Shown here: positions 1 through 9,414 of the stretch, in pieces
How the letters are laid out: every line of letters starts with the position of its first letter
Numbering within the stretch: position 1 is the first letter of the stretch
Virus record (IMG/VR): IMGVR_UViG_3300030433_002216
Coordinates: 1 to 40,642 of that record
Length of the DNA stretch: 40,642 nt
Strand: one strand, 5' to 3'
Source of the DNA: a virus
Taxonomy: Duplodnaviria > Caudoviricetes
Program-made: the position numbers and the translations under genes
The notes under the pieces: generated by a model
Told to the model about the DNA's origin: nothing
Databases searched by the model: none
What the model saw: the letters and a program-made list of their open reading frames with translations, nothing else

Positions 1-2
1 TC

Positions 3-425
3 AACGAGAACGTGGATGATTACAAACCTCTACCCACTACAAAATTTCTTTTTCTTAAAGCCAAACCATATTTGGATCGTATAAATAATATACATGCTTT
101 AGAGAAGTCACTTTATAGTGATTATCTCGGTCTTGCGGGTCGTGTTGATTGCATCGCAGAATACGAAGGAGAACTCGCGATCATCGACTTTAAGACATCA
201 AAAAAGATTAAACCCGAAAAGTGGATTGAAAACTACTTCGTCCAAGAGGTAGCTTACGCTTGCATGTATTATGAAATGACTGGTATCCCAGTTCAAAAGT
301 TGATTACCATTATGGTAGCTGAAAATGGAGAATGTTTTGTCTATGAAAAACGCAACAAAGATTACTATATTAAACTTCTTACCAAGTACATCAGGGAGTT
401 CGTCTCTCATCACACAGAAGACTAA
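3..425 (+). CDS. PD-(D/E)xK (Cas4/RecB-like) exonuclease, 5'-truncated by the window edge
   Basis: Motifs E..LYS...LAGRVDCI....LAIIDFKTS and Q..AYA.M. The frame is open to the window start. Usual position upstream of gp33 in cyanomyoviruses. Confidence 0.85.
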   Translation, partial: NENVDDYKPLPTTKFLFLKAKPYLDRINNIHALEKSLYSDYLGLAGRVDCIAEYEGELAIIDFKTSKKIKPEKWIENYFVQEVAYACMYYEMTGIPVQKLITIMVAENGECFVYEKRNKDYYIKLLTKYIREFVSHHTED

Positions 426-429
426 ACCT

Positions 430-693
430 ATGCAGAACAACACTGAAGATGTAAACAATCTAATTAAGGAGAAGTTTCTCTGCCAGTCGAAGTTCGCACA
501 GGACATCGAGTACCTTGTAATGACTTCCAAGATCAATTACATTGAAGCGATCGTCACCTATTGTGAAGAAAATGGTATTGAGTTTGAATCAGTATCTAAA
601 CTAATCTCAAAACCCCTAAAAGAAAAGTTGAAGCACGAAGCGACCCAACTCAACTTTCTCAAAAAAACAAGTCGCGCTAAGTTAGTATTCTAA
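430..693 (+). CDS. gp33: Late-promoter transcription coactivator gp33
   Basis: F...IE..V....INYIEAIV.YCEENGIE.ESV.KLISKPLKEKLK.EA..LNFLK signature. Start moved to ATG 430. Synteny with gp59. Confidence 0.9.
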   Translation: MQNNTEDVNNLIKEKFLCQSKFAQDIEYLVMTSKINYIEAIVTYCEENGIEFESVSKLISKPLKEKLKHEATQLNFLKKTSRAKLVF

Positions 694-1283
694 TGACTCC
701 AATCGAGGTATACAAAACATACCTTGCATTCAAGAATCATTTCACAAAACCAAACTACGATTACCATCAATATTGCGGGAAGTCTAGGGCATCTAAAGAG
801 GCATTCAATAAAAGAAAAGATCGATACTTCTTTGAACGAATGTCTCGTAAAAAAACTGATGATGAAATTAAACTATACTTCCTTGCAAACTTTGTAGAAT
901 GCGATGATCCAACAAAACTTTGGATTGGTGAGATTATTGAATCAGGTGAAGAAAATTATGCAAATTGGTTGAAGAGATCTCAAAGTCTTTATTACCTATT
1001 CAAAACTGAATCAGAAGTTTTCTGCAATAAAGAAAACTTTGAAAACCTATTTACAATTAAGGGTGCGAGTCACCCAGAAATCCTTAGAAAGTATTTACAG
1101 AAAGCTATTTCAATAGAGACTCTGGTGATCATGGATATGATCCTGATGTTCTCTAAAAACTTTGATAAGAAACTCATAGATCCAGTGTGGGAATCCGTCA
1201 GTTTACGAATTAAAAAGTATAAATCTTTCCTAAATATTGACAAGGAAAAGTATACTGCTACACTAAAAGATATCGTGTTATGA
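693..1283 (+). CDS. gp59: Helicase loader gp59
   Basis: Y..YLA.KNHFT...YDY..Y.GK.R.S...F.KRKDRYFFE signature, ~200 aa, gp33-gp59-gp32 order. Confidence 0.92.
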   Translation: MTPIEVYKTYLAFKNHFTKPNYDYHQYCGKSRASKEAFNKRKDRYFFERMSRKKTDDEIKLYFLANFVECDDPTKLWIGEIIESGEENYANWLKRSQSLYYLFKTESEVFCNKENFENLFTIKGASHPEILRKYLQKAISIETLVIMDMILMFSKNFDKKLIDPVWESVSLRIKKYKSFLNIDKEKYTATLKDIVL

Positions 1284-1612
1284 GTGGATTTTTTGAATCA
1301 GAAGTTGTAAGAAACGCCATCAAAGAGATGGAAGAATTACAACAAGAAATTATTGAAGCCACATTCTCAGCACCATTAATGACACCCGAACAAAAACGGG
1401 AACATGTTGACTTAATGAAAACTTTTCTGGAAAAACAGAAGAACCTCTACTTTCGTCTAACTCTTTCTGATGATCCTGAAGCGATCTCGATGAAAGAACG
1501 AATGAAAGAAGCTGCGGAACTTCTGGGTTTTAGTGGTAACAATATCGATGAATTGTTTGCCACGATGGAAGAAACTCTAGATCGTCTAGATACAATTACG
1601 GAAGAGGATTGA
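1280..1612 (+). CDS. Conserved cyanobacterial/cyanophage helical protein (DUF1825-like)
   Basis: FF.SEVV...LEKQK..YFRL.LSDDPEA motif. Usual neighbour of gp59/gp32. Confidence 0.75.
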   Translation: MSGFFESEVVRNAIKEMEELQQEIIEATFSAPLMTPEQKREHVDLMKTFLEKQKNLYFRLTLSDDPEAISMKERMKEAAELLGFSGNNIDELFATMEETLDRLDTITEED

Positions 1613-1614
1613 AC

Positions 1615-1884
1615 ATGTCATATCAATATCACATTACTTCGAGGTATGTCTACCACAATGATGTGATAGTTGATATGTTTTTTATTAATGGTATTCCATT
1701 TACATTTGATGATATTCCTACAATTATGCAGGATGATCCTTATGTCCAAATGGAAGCAAATGATAATTATTCCTATACCATCGACGACATGTATCGATGG
1801 TCAAATTATCTCGTACAGGAGGAGTGTCACCCACTCCTCTTTGAACTGGAACTCGCAAATCCAGAGGAACTTCCCAAAGACTAG
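1615..1884 (+). CDS. Hypothetical acidic protein
   Basis: ORF fills the gap before gp32; GAGGA upstream of ATG 1615. Confidence 0.65.
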   Translation: MSYQYHITSRYVYHNDVIVDMFFINGIPFTFDDIPTIMQDDPYVQMEANDNYSYTIDDMYRWSNYLVQEECHPLLFELELANPEELPKD

Positions 1885-1887
1885 GGC

Positions 1888-1916
1888 TTGACATCCCTTC
1901 TTGCGACCTGTAAGAT
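1888..1916 (+). promoter_or_regulatory. Sigma70-type promoter for gp32
   Basis: TTGACA (1888-1893)-N17-TAAGAT (1911-1916). Confidence 0.8.
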
Positions 1917-1963
1917 AAAGTCGTCCCAAAGGCCAAATCCAAACCAATACGGAGAATACGAAC

Positions 1964-2920
1964 ATGTCTTTTGCTGATCTCAGGAAACAGTCCCGCGCAG
2001 GTTCGCTGACTGATAAACTGATCAAAAAAGTCGAAAAACTGAATAGTGGAGAGAAATCTGCAGATGATCGCTTCTGGAAACCCGAAGTAGATAAGGCTGG
2101 TAATGGTTATGCCGTTATCCGATTCCTTCCTGCACCTGAAGGGTGCGAACTTCCCTGGGCCCAAATGTGGAGTCATGCCTTCCAAGGACCTGGAGGTTGG
2201 TACATCGAGAACTCTCTGACTACGCTGGGACAAAAAGATCCTGTTTCTGAGTACAACCGCACTCTGTGGAATAGTGGTCGTGATTCTGATAAAGATATTG
2301 CCCGCAAACAGAAACGTAAGTTGTCCCACTACGCCAACATTTACGTTGTCGCAGATCCTGCTAATCCTCACAATGAGGGTAAGGTGTTCCTTTACAAGTT
2401 CGGTAAGAAGATCTTTGATAAGATTACCGAAGCAATGCAACCTCAGTTTGCAGATGAAGAAGCTATCAACCCCTTCGACTTCTGGGCTGGTGCAAACTTC
2501 AAACTGAAGATTCGCAAGGTTGAAGGTTATTGGAACTACGACAAGTCTGAGTTTGATCGCCCTAGTGCTCTTCTCGATGATGATGACGCACTGGAGAAGA
2601 TCTACAACAACCTGAACGATCTCAATGAGTTCTCTAAGGCTGACAACTTCAAGACCTATGAGGAACTGAAGAAGCGTCTGGACTACGTTCTTGGTCACAA
2701 AGGTACTCCTAAGTTCCAAGACCAGGAAACCGTTGAAGAAGATCGTCAATGGGAAGCAGAACGTCGTGGAGACTTCTCAGAACAACGTTCTAAACCCAGT
2801 TTCACCGCACCTAGTAGTGGTGGTTTCAATGATTCAGACATTACTCCGCAAGCTTCAACAGAGACTGATGAAGATGCAGACGATGCTCTGTCTTACTTCC
2901 AAAAACTCGCAGAGAGTTGA
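1964..2920 (+). CDS. gp32: Single-stranded DNA-binding protein gp32
   Basis: DDRFWKPEVDKAGNGYAVIRFLPAP, SHAFQGPGGWYIENSLTT, YKFGKKIFDKI, acidic C-terminal tail, GGAGA SD. Confidence 0.98.
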   Translation: MSFADLRKQSRAGSLTDKLIKKVEKLNSGEKSADDRFWKPEVDKAGNGYAVIRFLPAPEGCELPWAQMWSHAFQGPGGWYIENSLTTLGQKDPVSEYNRTLWNSGRDSDKDIARKQKRKLSHYANIYVVADPANPHNEGKVFLYKFGKKIFDKITEAMQPQFADEEAINPFDFWAGANFKLKIRKVEGYWNYDKSEFDRPSALLDDDDALEKIYNNLNDLNEFSKADNFKTYEELKKRLDYVLGHKGTPKFQDQETVEEDRQWEAERRGDFSEQRSKPSFTAPSSGGFNDSDITPQASTETDEDADDALSYFQKLAES

Positions 2921-2925
2921 TTCCG

Positions 2926-2952
2926 AAAGGGAGGTTCAAACCTCCCTTTTTT
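2926..2952 (+). terminator. Rho-independent terminator, possibly bidirectional
   Basis: AAA-GGGAGGT-tcaa-ACCTCCC-TTTTTT directly after the gp32 stop. Confidence 0.9.
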
Positions 2953-2969
2953 AATGTCAAGAGGTTCTA

Positions 2970-3605
2970 ATGAAGATAGTAGATGACTTTCTATCCACCG
3001 ATGAGTGGAAGGGTATGTTAAAGACCTGTGAGATCATTGTCGATCTCTATAAACGCCCAGACACTCGCGGAGAGAGTCCTGAAGACTATTCTGGGAACAC
3101 TCATGAGACTTTAGATGTCTATGAACAATGGAAGACTCCCTACCCGCCTTACATGACATATTCGTTGGAACAGATCCAACAATGTAGAGATGTCTTGTTT
3201 AAGAAAAAGTGTTGGGAGTCTTTTCTTCAAAAGAATTGTGAAGAAGTAGGAAATATAGTTGGTAAACCAGTTATCCCTACAGATATTCGTGTCTGTAAGG
3301 TTGAAGAATATGATGAGAAAGATATTGAACTAAACGTAAGAAAACATGAAGAGTTTGGGTACATGGATAACGTACCACATGTTCATCTTGGTGATGATCT
3401 AGTTTATAGTTCTGTTTATTACATCCAAAATCCAGATAAAGAATATGGAACTGTCATTGAAGACGAGACTCTAGTCTATGGTGTAGAAAATAGATGTTTA
3501 TTCTTTGATGGTTCAAAGATTATGCATTGTGGAGTTTGGCCACCTTCCGAAGAAGTTGCAGACTACCCACGATATATAATCGCAATGAACTTTAAATGCC
3601 AGTAA
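2970..3605 (+). CDS. 2OG-Fe(II) oxygenase-like protein
   Basis: KIVDDFL N-terminus, PHVHLGD, SSVYYI, NRCLFFDG..MH, distal R..IAMNF: a double-stranded beta-helix pattern typical of cyanophage oxygenases. Confidence 0.7.
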   Translation: MKIVDDFLSTDEWKGMLKTCEIIVDLYKRPDTRGESPEDYSGNTHETLDVYEQWKTPYPPYMTYSLEQIQQCRDVLFKKKCWESFLQKNCEEVGNIVGKPVIPTDIRVCKVEEYDEKDIELNVRKHEEFGYMDNVPHVHLGDDLVYSSVYYIQNPDKEYGTVIEDETLVYGVENRCLFFDGSKIMHCGVWPPSEEVADYPRYIIAMNFKCQ

Positions 3606-5934
3606 GTTTTGGATTATAAGTTGTCTTCAGTTTCTCGTTGATGAAGTTCTCAGTCTCAGGATCATACTTCATAAGAGTCTTAAGTTCTGCCAAGACTACT
3701 GATAAGAATTCTGGTTTGATGAGAGTGATAATACTCTTTGCGTCATTCTTTTGAACTTCTATTTCATAGTTGGTAACTGGATTGGACATATCTTTACCAG
3801 GAATAGATCTGATACGACCATCAACAGACTCTAGATATCTAAATTCTTGAGAGATCTTCTCCTCCCAATATTCTCCACTCCATTTCCAAGTTCTGCCGAT
3901 TTGAGAGTAGAAATTACCCTCAAAGACTCTTTGAATTTCTGGTGCTGGACCAATCGTGAATACAGGACTATTAACATAGTTCGCACCACCATCAATCATA
4001 CGGATTGTACCAATACCTCTATCGGGTTCATCATTCAATATAACTTCAAACGTACCTTGTCTGAATTCCTGTGCAGGAGAAATAGTAATTGCAGGAGTAA
4101 AGGTATAACCAAATCCTGCATTTGTAATTGTCAGGGTATCAATCTGACCAGCATTCATCGTAAGTGCTGCTGTTGCTGTTACTGCTGGGAATGGTTGACC
4201 AATAGTAATTGTTGGTGCCTCAGTGTATCCACTACCAGTTCTAGTAATCTGGATTTGATCAACTTTTCCTGCACCATCAATTAGTGCAATACCCTCTGCA
4301 CGGGTTGTCATCAGGTATTCTTTTGCTCGGTTTGATTGACCATCGAATACTAAGAACTTCTCTTCGTTTTCTGCAAGATAAACATCAACAGGTTCATTTG
4401 CTTGAGAACTTACGCTGAAAGTCTTTGCATAGGTTAGAGTTTGAATGTTATATGGGAATCCAAAATCAAGTTCATAAAGAGAAGTTGTTGTTTCATCAGT
4501 GACGAACATTTTAGATCCATCAGATTTGATGGTAAATCCAGTGAAGTCTAAACCTGCACCAATAATCGTATTCAGATTAACTTCTGGTACGTTGAATAGA
4601 GTATTGACCGATGTAATCTGGTATGGAGTGGATAGAGTATAAACTTTCAGAATCTGACCTGTGATTTGATAGAGTAGAGTTCCATCATTGTTGAATCTAA
4701 TTGCACTGGGTTCGGTTACAATAAGTTCCGAGTTCTTAGTTGCAGTGTTCAAATTGTGAGGTGTTGATAAAATATATTCTGCAATCTTATAAGTAGACGC
4801 CTGACCACCAGAGACGAACAACTTAGATCCAGTTGGATTCATTTCCACACCAGTTGTGAAAGTGAAGTCTGCACTTACATCGAGATCATTAACTGCAAAG
4901 ATGGTAGTTGCTTGATATGCATTACTAACATTGAATGCCTTGATCTGATTAGTACCAGTCAAACTTGCGGTGTATAACTTACCACCATCAGCACTTATAT
5001 ACGCACCTTCAATATCATTACCAAGATTAATGATGGATTGTTGAACATAAGATCCACCCATGAAGTTGGGAGATTTGGAGAATGTAACTGCTGGTGCAGT
5101 AATACCATAACCAATACCAGGTGTTAGATCCGTGATTGCTGCGACTCTATCAAAGTTATTACCAGTGCCCAACTCACAAGTTGCTGCAGCAGCAACGGAT
5201 TCAATTGGAGATTCAATTACAACAGTTGGAACAAAGTTATATCCCAAACCTGGGTTAAAGGTTACGATTCCAGTAACTGCAAATTGATTCATAGAAACAT
5301 TTGCAGAAGCACTAGATGTTGGTGCTGGTGCAGATAGTGTTACTGAAGGAACTTCAGTGTAACCCGCTCCTGGATTAACGATAAAACCACCTACAATCGA
5401 GTTGCCTGCACCGATAATAGGGTTGATTTGTGCATCAGTACCAGGAACAAAGATTGGAGGGAAAGTGATGCCTGGGGGGTCTTCAACGACAGGAACGAAT
5501 ACGGGTGCATTGTAGAAAGCCTCGTCTACTTTGAGACCTCCTGGGAACACAAGTCTATTGAAATCATCTCGGATTTCTTTGGTTTCATAATATGCAATGG
5601 CTTGAAGTTCTTCTTGATTGGGATATTTTTCATCAAGATATCTCTTGAATGCAACAGGATCAAGAGGCCATTCATTTTCTAGATTAGTGATATTATTCGA
5701 GAGTAGGACTACCCAGTCAAGTTCTGGATCACCATAATATGTTTCTGCGATAGTATCGGGTCTTTCGCCTGGATCAATTCTATAATCTTCAAAGGCACTA
5801 ACGGCACCAAGGATATCTTCTCTAATTTTTACTCTCTTAAACAGATTAGTGACGATATGAGTCTCATCACTAGAAGTTTCATTCTTAGTTCTGTTTAGAA
5901 TCTCTAATTGTGGGAAGTACTTGAAATATGCCAT
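3592..5934 (-). CDS. gp53: Baseplate wedge protein gp53 with a ~530-aa internal insertion
   Basis: N-terminal YF..FP...NLFKRVKIR...ERPDTIA..YYGDPELDWVVLLSNNI (LysM-like gp53) and C-terminal VTNYE.E...ND.K..I.LIKPEFL. The middle holds GxGY repeats and a propeller-like region. Confidence 0.88.
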   Translation of the reverse strand: MAYFKYFPQLEILNRTKNETSSDETHIVTNLFKRVKIREDILGAVSAFEDYRIDPGERPDTIAETYYGDPELDWVVLLSNNITNLENEWPLDPVAFKRYLDEKYPNQEELQAIAYYETKEIRDDFNRLVFPGGLKVDEAFYNAPVFVPVVEDPPGITFPPIFVPGTDAQINPIIGAGNSIVGGFIVNPGAGYTEVPSVTLSAPAPTSSASANVSMNQFAVTGIVTFNPGLGYNFVPTVVIESPIESVAAAATCELGTGNNFDRVAAITDLTPGIGYGITAPAVTFSKSPNFMGGSYVQQSIINLGNDIEGAYISADGGKLYTASLTGTNQIKAFNVSNAYQATTIFAVNDLDVSADFTFTTGVEMNPTGSKLFVSGGQASTYKIAEYILSTPHNLNTATKNSELIVTEPSAIRFNNDGTLLYQITGQILKVYTLSTPYQITSVNTLFNVPEVNLNTIIGAGLDFTGFTIKSDGSKMFVTDETTTSLYELDFGFPYNIQTLTYAKTFSVSSQANEPVDVYLAENEEKFLVFDGQSNRAKEYLMTTRAEGIALIDGAGKVDQIQITRTGSGYTEAPTITIGQPFPAVTATAALTMNAGQIDTLTITNAGFGYTFTPAITISPAQEFRQGTFEVILNDEPDRGIGTIRMIDGGANYVNSPVFTIGPAPEIQRVFEGNFYSQIGRTWKWSGEYWEEKISQEFRYLESVDGRIRSIPGKDMSNPVTNYEIEVQKNDAKSIITLIKPEFLSVVLAELKTLMKYDPETENFINEKLKTTYNPKLTGI

Positions 5935-5937
5935 GGG

Positions 5938-7410
5938 TTACCAACCTACTGCGTTGTCTGCTACTGGTCTAAGGTTTTTATTAACACCTGATGCACCAAT
6001 ATAATCTGTATCGAAAATTGGTTCCAGTTCTTGGAAATCACATGTGAATGTGACTTGAACGGGTTGACCATCACTATATGCTGCCCAAAGACCATCTGGT
6101 GTGTAATCACACGCAAATTTCTTCAATGCCATCGGTTTCATCATACCGACAGCTGGGTTCTCTACAACTTTACCATTTATATTAGTCATGAATTTCATTT
6201 CAAATATATGTGGAGTACCCAGGAAGAAAGAAGCTCCCCCAGCAACACCAGCACCACCAGTGGCAGCTGCTTTTTTCGCTGCCATAGATACTTTAAACCA
6301 CCTAATAATATTTCTAATTGCAGCCGCCTCATCCGAACTTCTAGGTGACATTTTGTAGACGAATGAGAAACTTCTCATTGTCACACCTTTAAAGAGAAGT
6401 TCGTTATTATTATTTGGAATAATACCAGACTTCCTTGCAAGAATTGATTCAGGACTTACTGCATAACCCTGCATGTTCAGAACTTTAGAATCAATCGCAC
6501 TCTTTGCAAGAGTTCTAAAATCATCTGCGCGATCATCTAAGGCCATCAATCCTTTTCTTGCCAAATCTAGTCCAGATGAAAAAGCACCACCGCCTCCAAC
6601 AACATCAGCAGCAGCTGCAGCATATGACATACCACCAACTTGTTGCATTGCATGTGCAGCAAGTGCGCCTAATTCATCACCTTGCCAGTCTACGGTGTTT
6701 GCATCAAGAATGCCTCCAGGCATGGGTAAGTAAACTGTAGCGAGTCTTTTTACTGCATTACCTTGAGATTGCAGACCCGATAAAAGAGCGTTTGATTTAT
6801 CTGCACCAAACAAAGCTTCTGAAAATGCTGCTTTATATAAGAGTGAACTAATTACTACGTGATCTTGAGTTAAAGTGTCCATGTCAATTGGATACTTTGA
6901 ACCATCAAGTGATTTTTGATAGTCGATTGGTTTAATAAATTTGTTAGTATATGTACTAGGCTGAGGACTAATAATTTCACCAAATGGAGAAGGTTGTGGT
7001 ACTCCATAACTAAGTTGCTGTCCAGAAACCCCAGGTCCCACTCCTGTACCCAAAACTGGTTGACCTGGTGTTAATGCTGTTTGATTGGGATTGATGCCAA
7101 GTTTTACCCATTGCGGTAAAACTGCATTTTTCGTTTTCTTACCTCCCTGTTTGGCCGTGGCAGGTGAAGAATCATATGCTTTTTGAATTGATTGCTTTGT
7201 TGTATTCCAATACACCCCTTTTTCTTGGTTTGTTAGTCCAACAAGATTTGCATTAGAATTCCAATTTCCATTTTCAAAAATAGGTTTATCAGATGCACTG
7301 GGGTTTTCTATCTGAATTATAGTTTTTCCAGTGTTAGCTTCCCAAAAAGGATAATAATCCTTTCCGTTTTTAGTAAAGAGTGGTTTTTTACCGATTTTTT
7401 TAAATGCCAT
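5938..7410 (-). CDS. gp48: Baseplate tail-tube cap gp48
   Basis: KYP.D, VYLPMP..I.D.N.V.W, N.N.ELLFKGVT.RSFSF.YKM.PRS..EA..I..IIRWFK, F.ELEPI; synteny. Confidence 0.9.
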   Translation of the reverse strand: MAFKKIGKKPLFTKNGKDYYPFWEANTGKTIIQIENPSASDKPIFENGNWNSNANLVGLTNQEKGVYWNTTKQSIQKAYDSSPATAKQGGKKTKNAVLPQWVKLGINPNQTALTPGQPVLGTGVGPGVSGQQLSYGVPQPSPFGEIISPQPSTYTNKFIKPIDYQKSLDGSKYPIDMDTLTQDHVVISSLLYKAAFSEALFGADKSNALLSGLQSQGNAVKRLATVYLPMPGGILDANTVDWQGDELGALAAHAMQQVGGMSYAAAAADVVGGGGAFSSGLDLARKGLMALDDRADDFRTLAKSAIDSKVLNMQGYAVSPESILARKSGIIPNNNNELLFKGVTMRSFSFVYKMSPRSSDEAAAIRNIIRWFKVSMAAKKAAATGGAGVAGGASFFLGTPHIFEMKFMTNINGKVVENPAVGMMKPMALKKFACDYTPDGLWAAYSDGQPVQVTFTCDFQELEPIFDTDYIGASGVNKNLRPVADNAVGW

Positions 7411-7947
7411 TTAGGGTTTGTTCCAAGCTCGGTGTTTAGGGAATGGTTGTCCTCTCGTATCAACAAATTTTTCCATGGGTAACATTGCAATAGAAGGCCA
7501 ATCTTTTTCAGGCACTCTCATGAATCCACCGGCGACCCCAGAAAATAGATAACGATGAATGGTTTTGCGAGGAACAGCTACTGTACTGCCTTTATTTATC
7601 AGGCTTTTTGCAATACCTTCTCGATGTTTTGTATTTAGATAGTGCATATTAGCACCAATGAAGTATCCTGCGTTGTAATTTACTTCAGTGATGTAGACAA
7701 GAGGTTGAGTATCATAGTATGCCAAACCTGGAGTTGATGCTTGATAAAAGAAAAAATATAGTCTACCAATGTTGATACCACCAGTATCCATCTCATTGAT
7801 ATCGAATTGTTCTAAGTTGCTTAGATACTCGATAACTGAGTTAGTGTATACTGAGTTCTTTACATTCTTTCCCTTAAATTGTTTCTGCAGTTCATATCCA
7901 AATCCTTTTCCCGCTTCGTATTGACCATCTATGAATTCAAAACTCAT
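7411..7947 (-). CDS. gp2: DNA end protector protein gp2-like
   Basis: GRLYFFFY......YYD..PLVY, F.G.N.HYL, K.IHRYL, W..IAMLP.EKF; lies between gp4 and gp48. Confidence 0.8.
   Translation of the reverse strand: MSFEFIDGQYEAGKGFGYELQKQFKGKNVKNSVYTNSVIEYLSNLEQFDINEMDTGGINIGRLYFFFYQASTPGLAYYDTQPLVYITEVNYNAGYFIGANMHYLNTKHREGIAKSLINKGSTVAVPRKTIHRYLFSGVAGGFMRVPEKDWPSIAMLPMEKFVDTRGQPFPKHRAWNKP
7593..7600 (-). promoter_or_regulatory. T4-type late promoter upstream of gp48
   Basis: GATAAATA on the minus strand, inside gp2. Confidence 0.5.
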
Positions 7948-8381
7948 ACCCCTAACTCCTTCTCGGTCATGATTCGGAATTCATAGTTACGATCTGCACA
8001 ATACTCTTTTGCTGCATCCCACTTCGCTTGGTTCACTACCCAAGTCTGGACACTATATGCCCATGCTTTTGTCCTTCTCTTAGGATTCTTCTCAGGCATC
8101 TTTACTTCTTTTGCAGGTTTGACTTCAATGACAACACATCGTTGTCTGCCATTTGCATCTTTATATTTCACAAAGAAGTCAGGAAAATACCTGTGCATCT
8201 TTCCATCAATAGGGGAACGATAAGGAATGAAAAACTCTTCAGATTGCCACTGGTTTACATTCTCATTCAAATCACAATATCTCATGAATTTTCGTTCCCA
8301 AAGAGAACGATAAACGATATTACCAGAGTCACCTTTATACTTTTTAGGATTCTCTGGTTTATATCTACCCTTATAACTCAT
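7944..8381 (-). CDS. gp4: Head completion nuclease gp4
   Basis: YKGRYKP.NPKKYKGD..NIVYRSLWERKFM.YCD, HRYFPDF, IEVKP, NQAKW.AA. Start at ATG 8381 or 8387. Confidence 0.95.
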   Translation of the reverse strand: MSYKGRYKPENPKKYKGDSGNIVYRSLWERKFMRYCDLNENVNQWQSEEFFIPYRSPIDGKMHRYFPDFFVKYKDANGRQRCVVIEVKPAKEVKMPEKNPKRRTKAWAYSVQTWVVNQAKWDAAKEYCADRNYEFRIMTEKELGV

Positions 8382-8406
8382 ATACATAGTATAGATCCTC
8401 AAAAAA

Positions 8407-8414
8407 TATTTATA
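8407..8414 (-). promoter_or_regulatory. T4 gp55-dependent late promoter for the gp4-gp2-gp48-gp53 operon
   Basis: Perfect TATAAATA on the minus strand, ~20-25 nt before the gp4 start. Confidence 0.85.
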
Positions 8415-9386
8415 GTGGCAACTTCAGGAACTGCAGGAGATCAAAATTTATTCAGGGTAGATCCAATCTACGCAAGAATGACCACTCCTCGGGCTACGAA
8501 GGATGGTCGTTCTGGTCTACCTAGTGTAATGGATATGTTTGGCGATCTCGCCATGACATCCCAATACAAAATTAGTTTACACTTGGGTGATTCTGGAGGA
8601 AATCAAGCAGATAAGAATGTCACTGACTGGTTGACTAGTTGCGGTGTTCTTGGGAACTTCAATGCAAACGTTCCTAATGAGAACCTAAAGTCTTTACGTT
8701 ATGAGTTTATGTGTGATGGTGCAGCATTACCTGGATATGAACTTGGTCGTGCTACTACCATGGGTGATAGACAAGGATTGCAAGAACAATTCGTTAATAC
8801 TAGAACATATACACCTGTAAACCTGTCGTTCTATGTTGGTGCAGACTATGGTATTCTGAGACTATGGCAAGAATGGGCAAACTTCATTGCTGCACTGAGT
8901 CTCGGTGGTAGAGATACCACTGGAAGTAATAGTGGGCAAGTCAGTAGAATTATGAGAAATGATTTCTTGCAATTTAGATATCCAGATGATTATAAAAGAG
9001 AAATTAGTATTACTAAGTTTGAGAGAGATATTCATGTCAATGGCGGTTATGTAACCAAAACGCCTAATATGCTCACTTATAGACTTATTGATGCATACCC
9101 AATTTCAGTTGATAATATCAGACTCGGATATGAAAACTCCGATATTATGAGAGTTAGTGTTACTCTTGGATATACAAGATATATCACTTTAGATCATGCT
9201 GGTACGGGTAATTCTCAGAATCCATTTAACTCTTCCACTCAACAATCCGCATTAGATCCTACAACAAATCAACAAGTTCTTGTATCTGGTGCTCCATCAT
9301 TGTACTCTGGAACTACTCTGTTAGGTCAATTGAACAATAACTTCTATAATGCCTTCAACGGATTAGATGTTAATTTTGCTCAATAA
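8415..9386 (+). CDS. gp54: Baseplate tail-tube initiator (gp54/gp19-like)
   Basis: F.C..A.LPG, R.Y..V.LSFYV..DY.....WQEW, YPDDYK..I.ITKFE, Y.LIDAYP.S. Start moved to GTG 8415 because the upstream part of the ORF overlaps gp4. Confidence 0.75.
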   Translation: MATSGTAGDQNLFRVDPIYARMTTPRATKDGRSGLPSVMDMFGDLAMTSQYKISLHLGDSGGNQADKNVTDWLTSCGVLGNFNANVPNENLKSLRYEFMCDGAALPGYELGRATTMGDRQGLQEQFVNTRTYTPVNLSFYVGADYGILRLWQEWANFIAALSLGGRDTTGSNSGQVSRIMRNDFLQFRYPDDYKREISITKFERDIHVNGGYVTKTPNMLTYRLIDAYPISVDNIRLGYENSDIMRVSVTLGYTRYITLDHAGTGNSQNPFNSSTQQSALDPTTNQQVLVSGAPSLYSGTTLLGQLNNNFYNAFNGLDVNFAQ

Positions 9387-9389
9387 ATA
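9382..9389 (+). promoter_or_regulatory. Late promoter upstream of gp26
   Basis: AATAAATA 25 nt before ATG 9415. Confidence 0.7.
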
Positions 9390-9414
9390 AAAATATCTGA
9401 CTACATCATCGTTC

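Noticed and set aside
80-87. TATAAATA inside the exonuclease gene
   Set aside because: It could drive late gp33 expression, but it is ~340 nt upstream of gp33 in AT-rich coding DNA, so chance cannot be excluded.
3-425. Cas4-like nuclease as evidence of CRISPR
   Set aside because: No repeat-spacer array or other cas gene is visible; this is a core exonuclease in its usual position.
325-429. N-terminal extension of gp33
   Set aside because: Overlaps the exonuclease; the gp33 signature fits ATG 430.
1724-2749. 341-aa minus-strand ORF
   Set aside because: Antisense shadow of gp32, with no motifs or SD; expected from biased codon usage.
8028-8414. N-terminal 129 codons of the 452-aa ORF
   Set aside because: Overlaps gp4 on the opposite strand; tube-like sequence begins only after GTG 8415.
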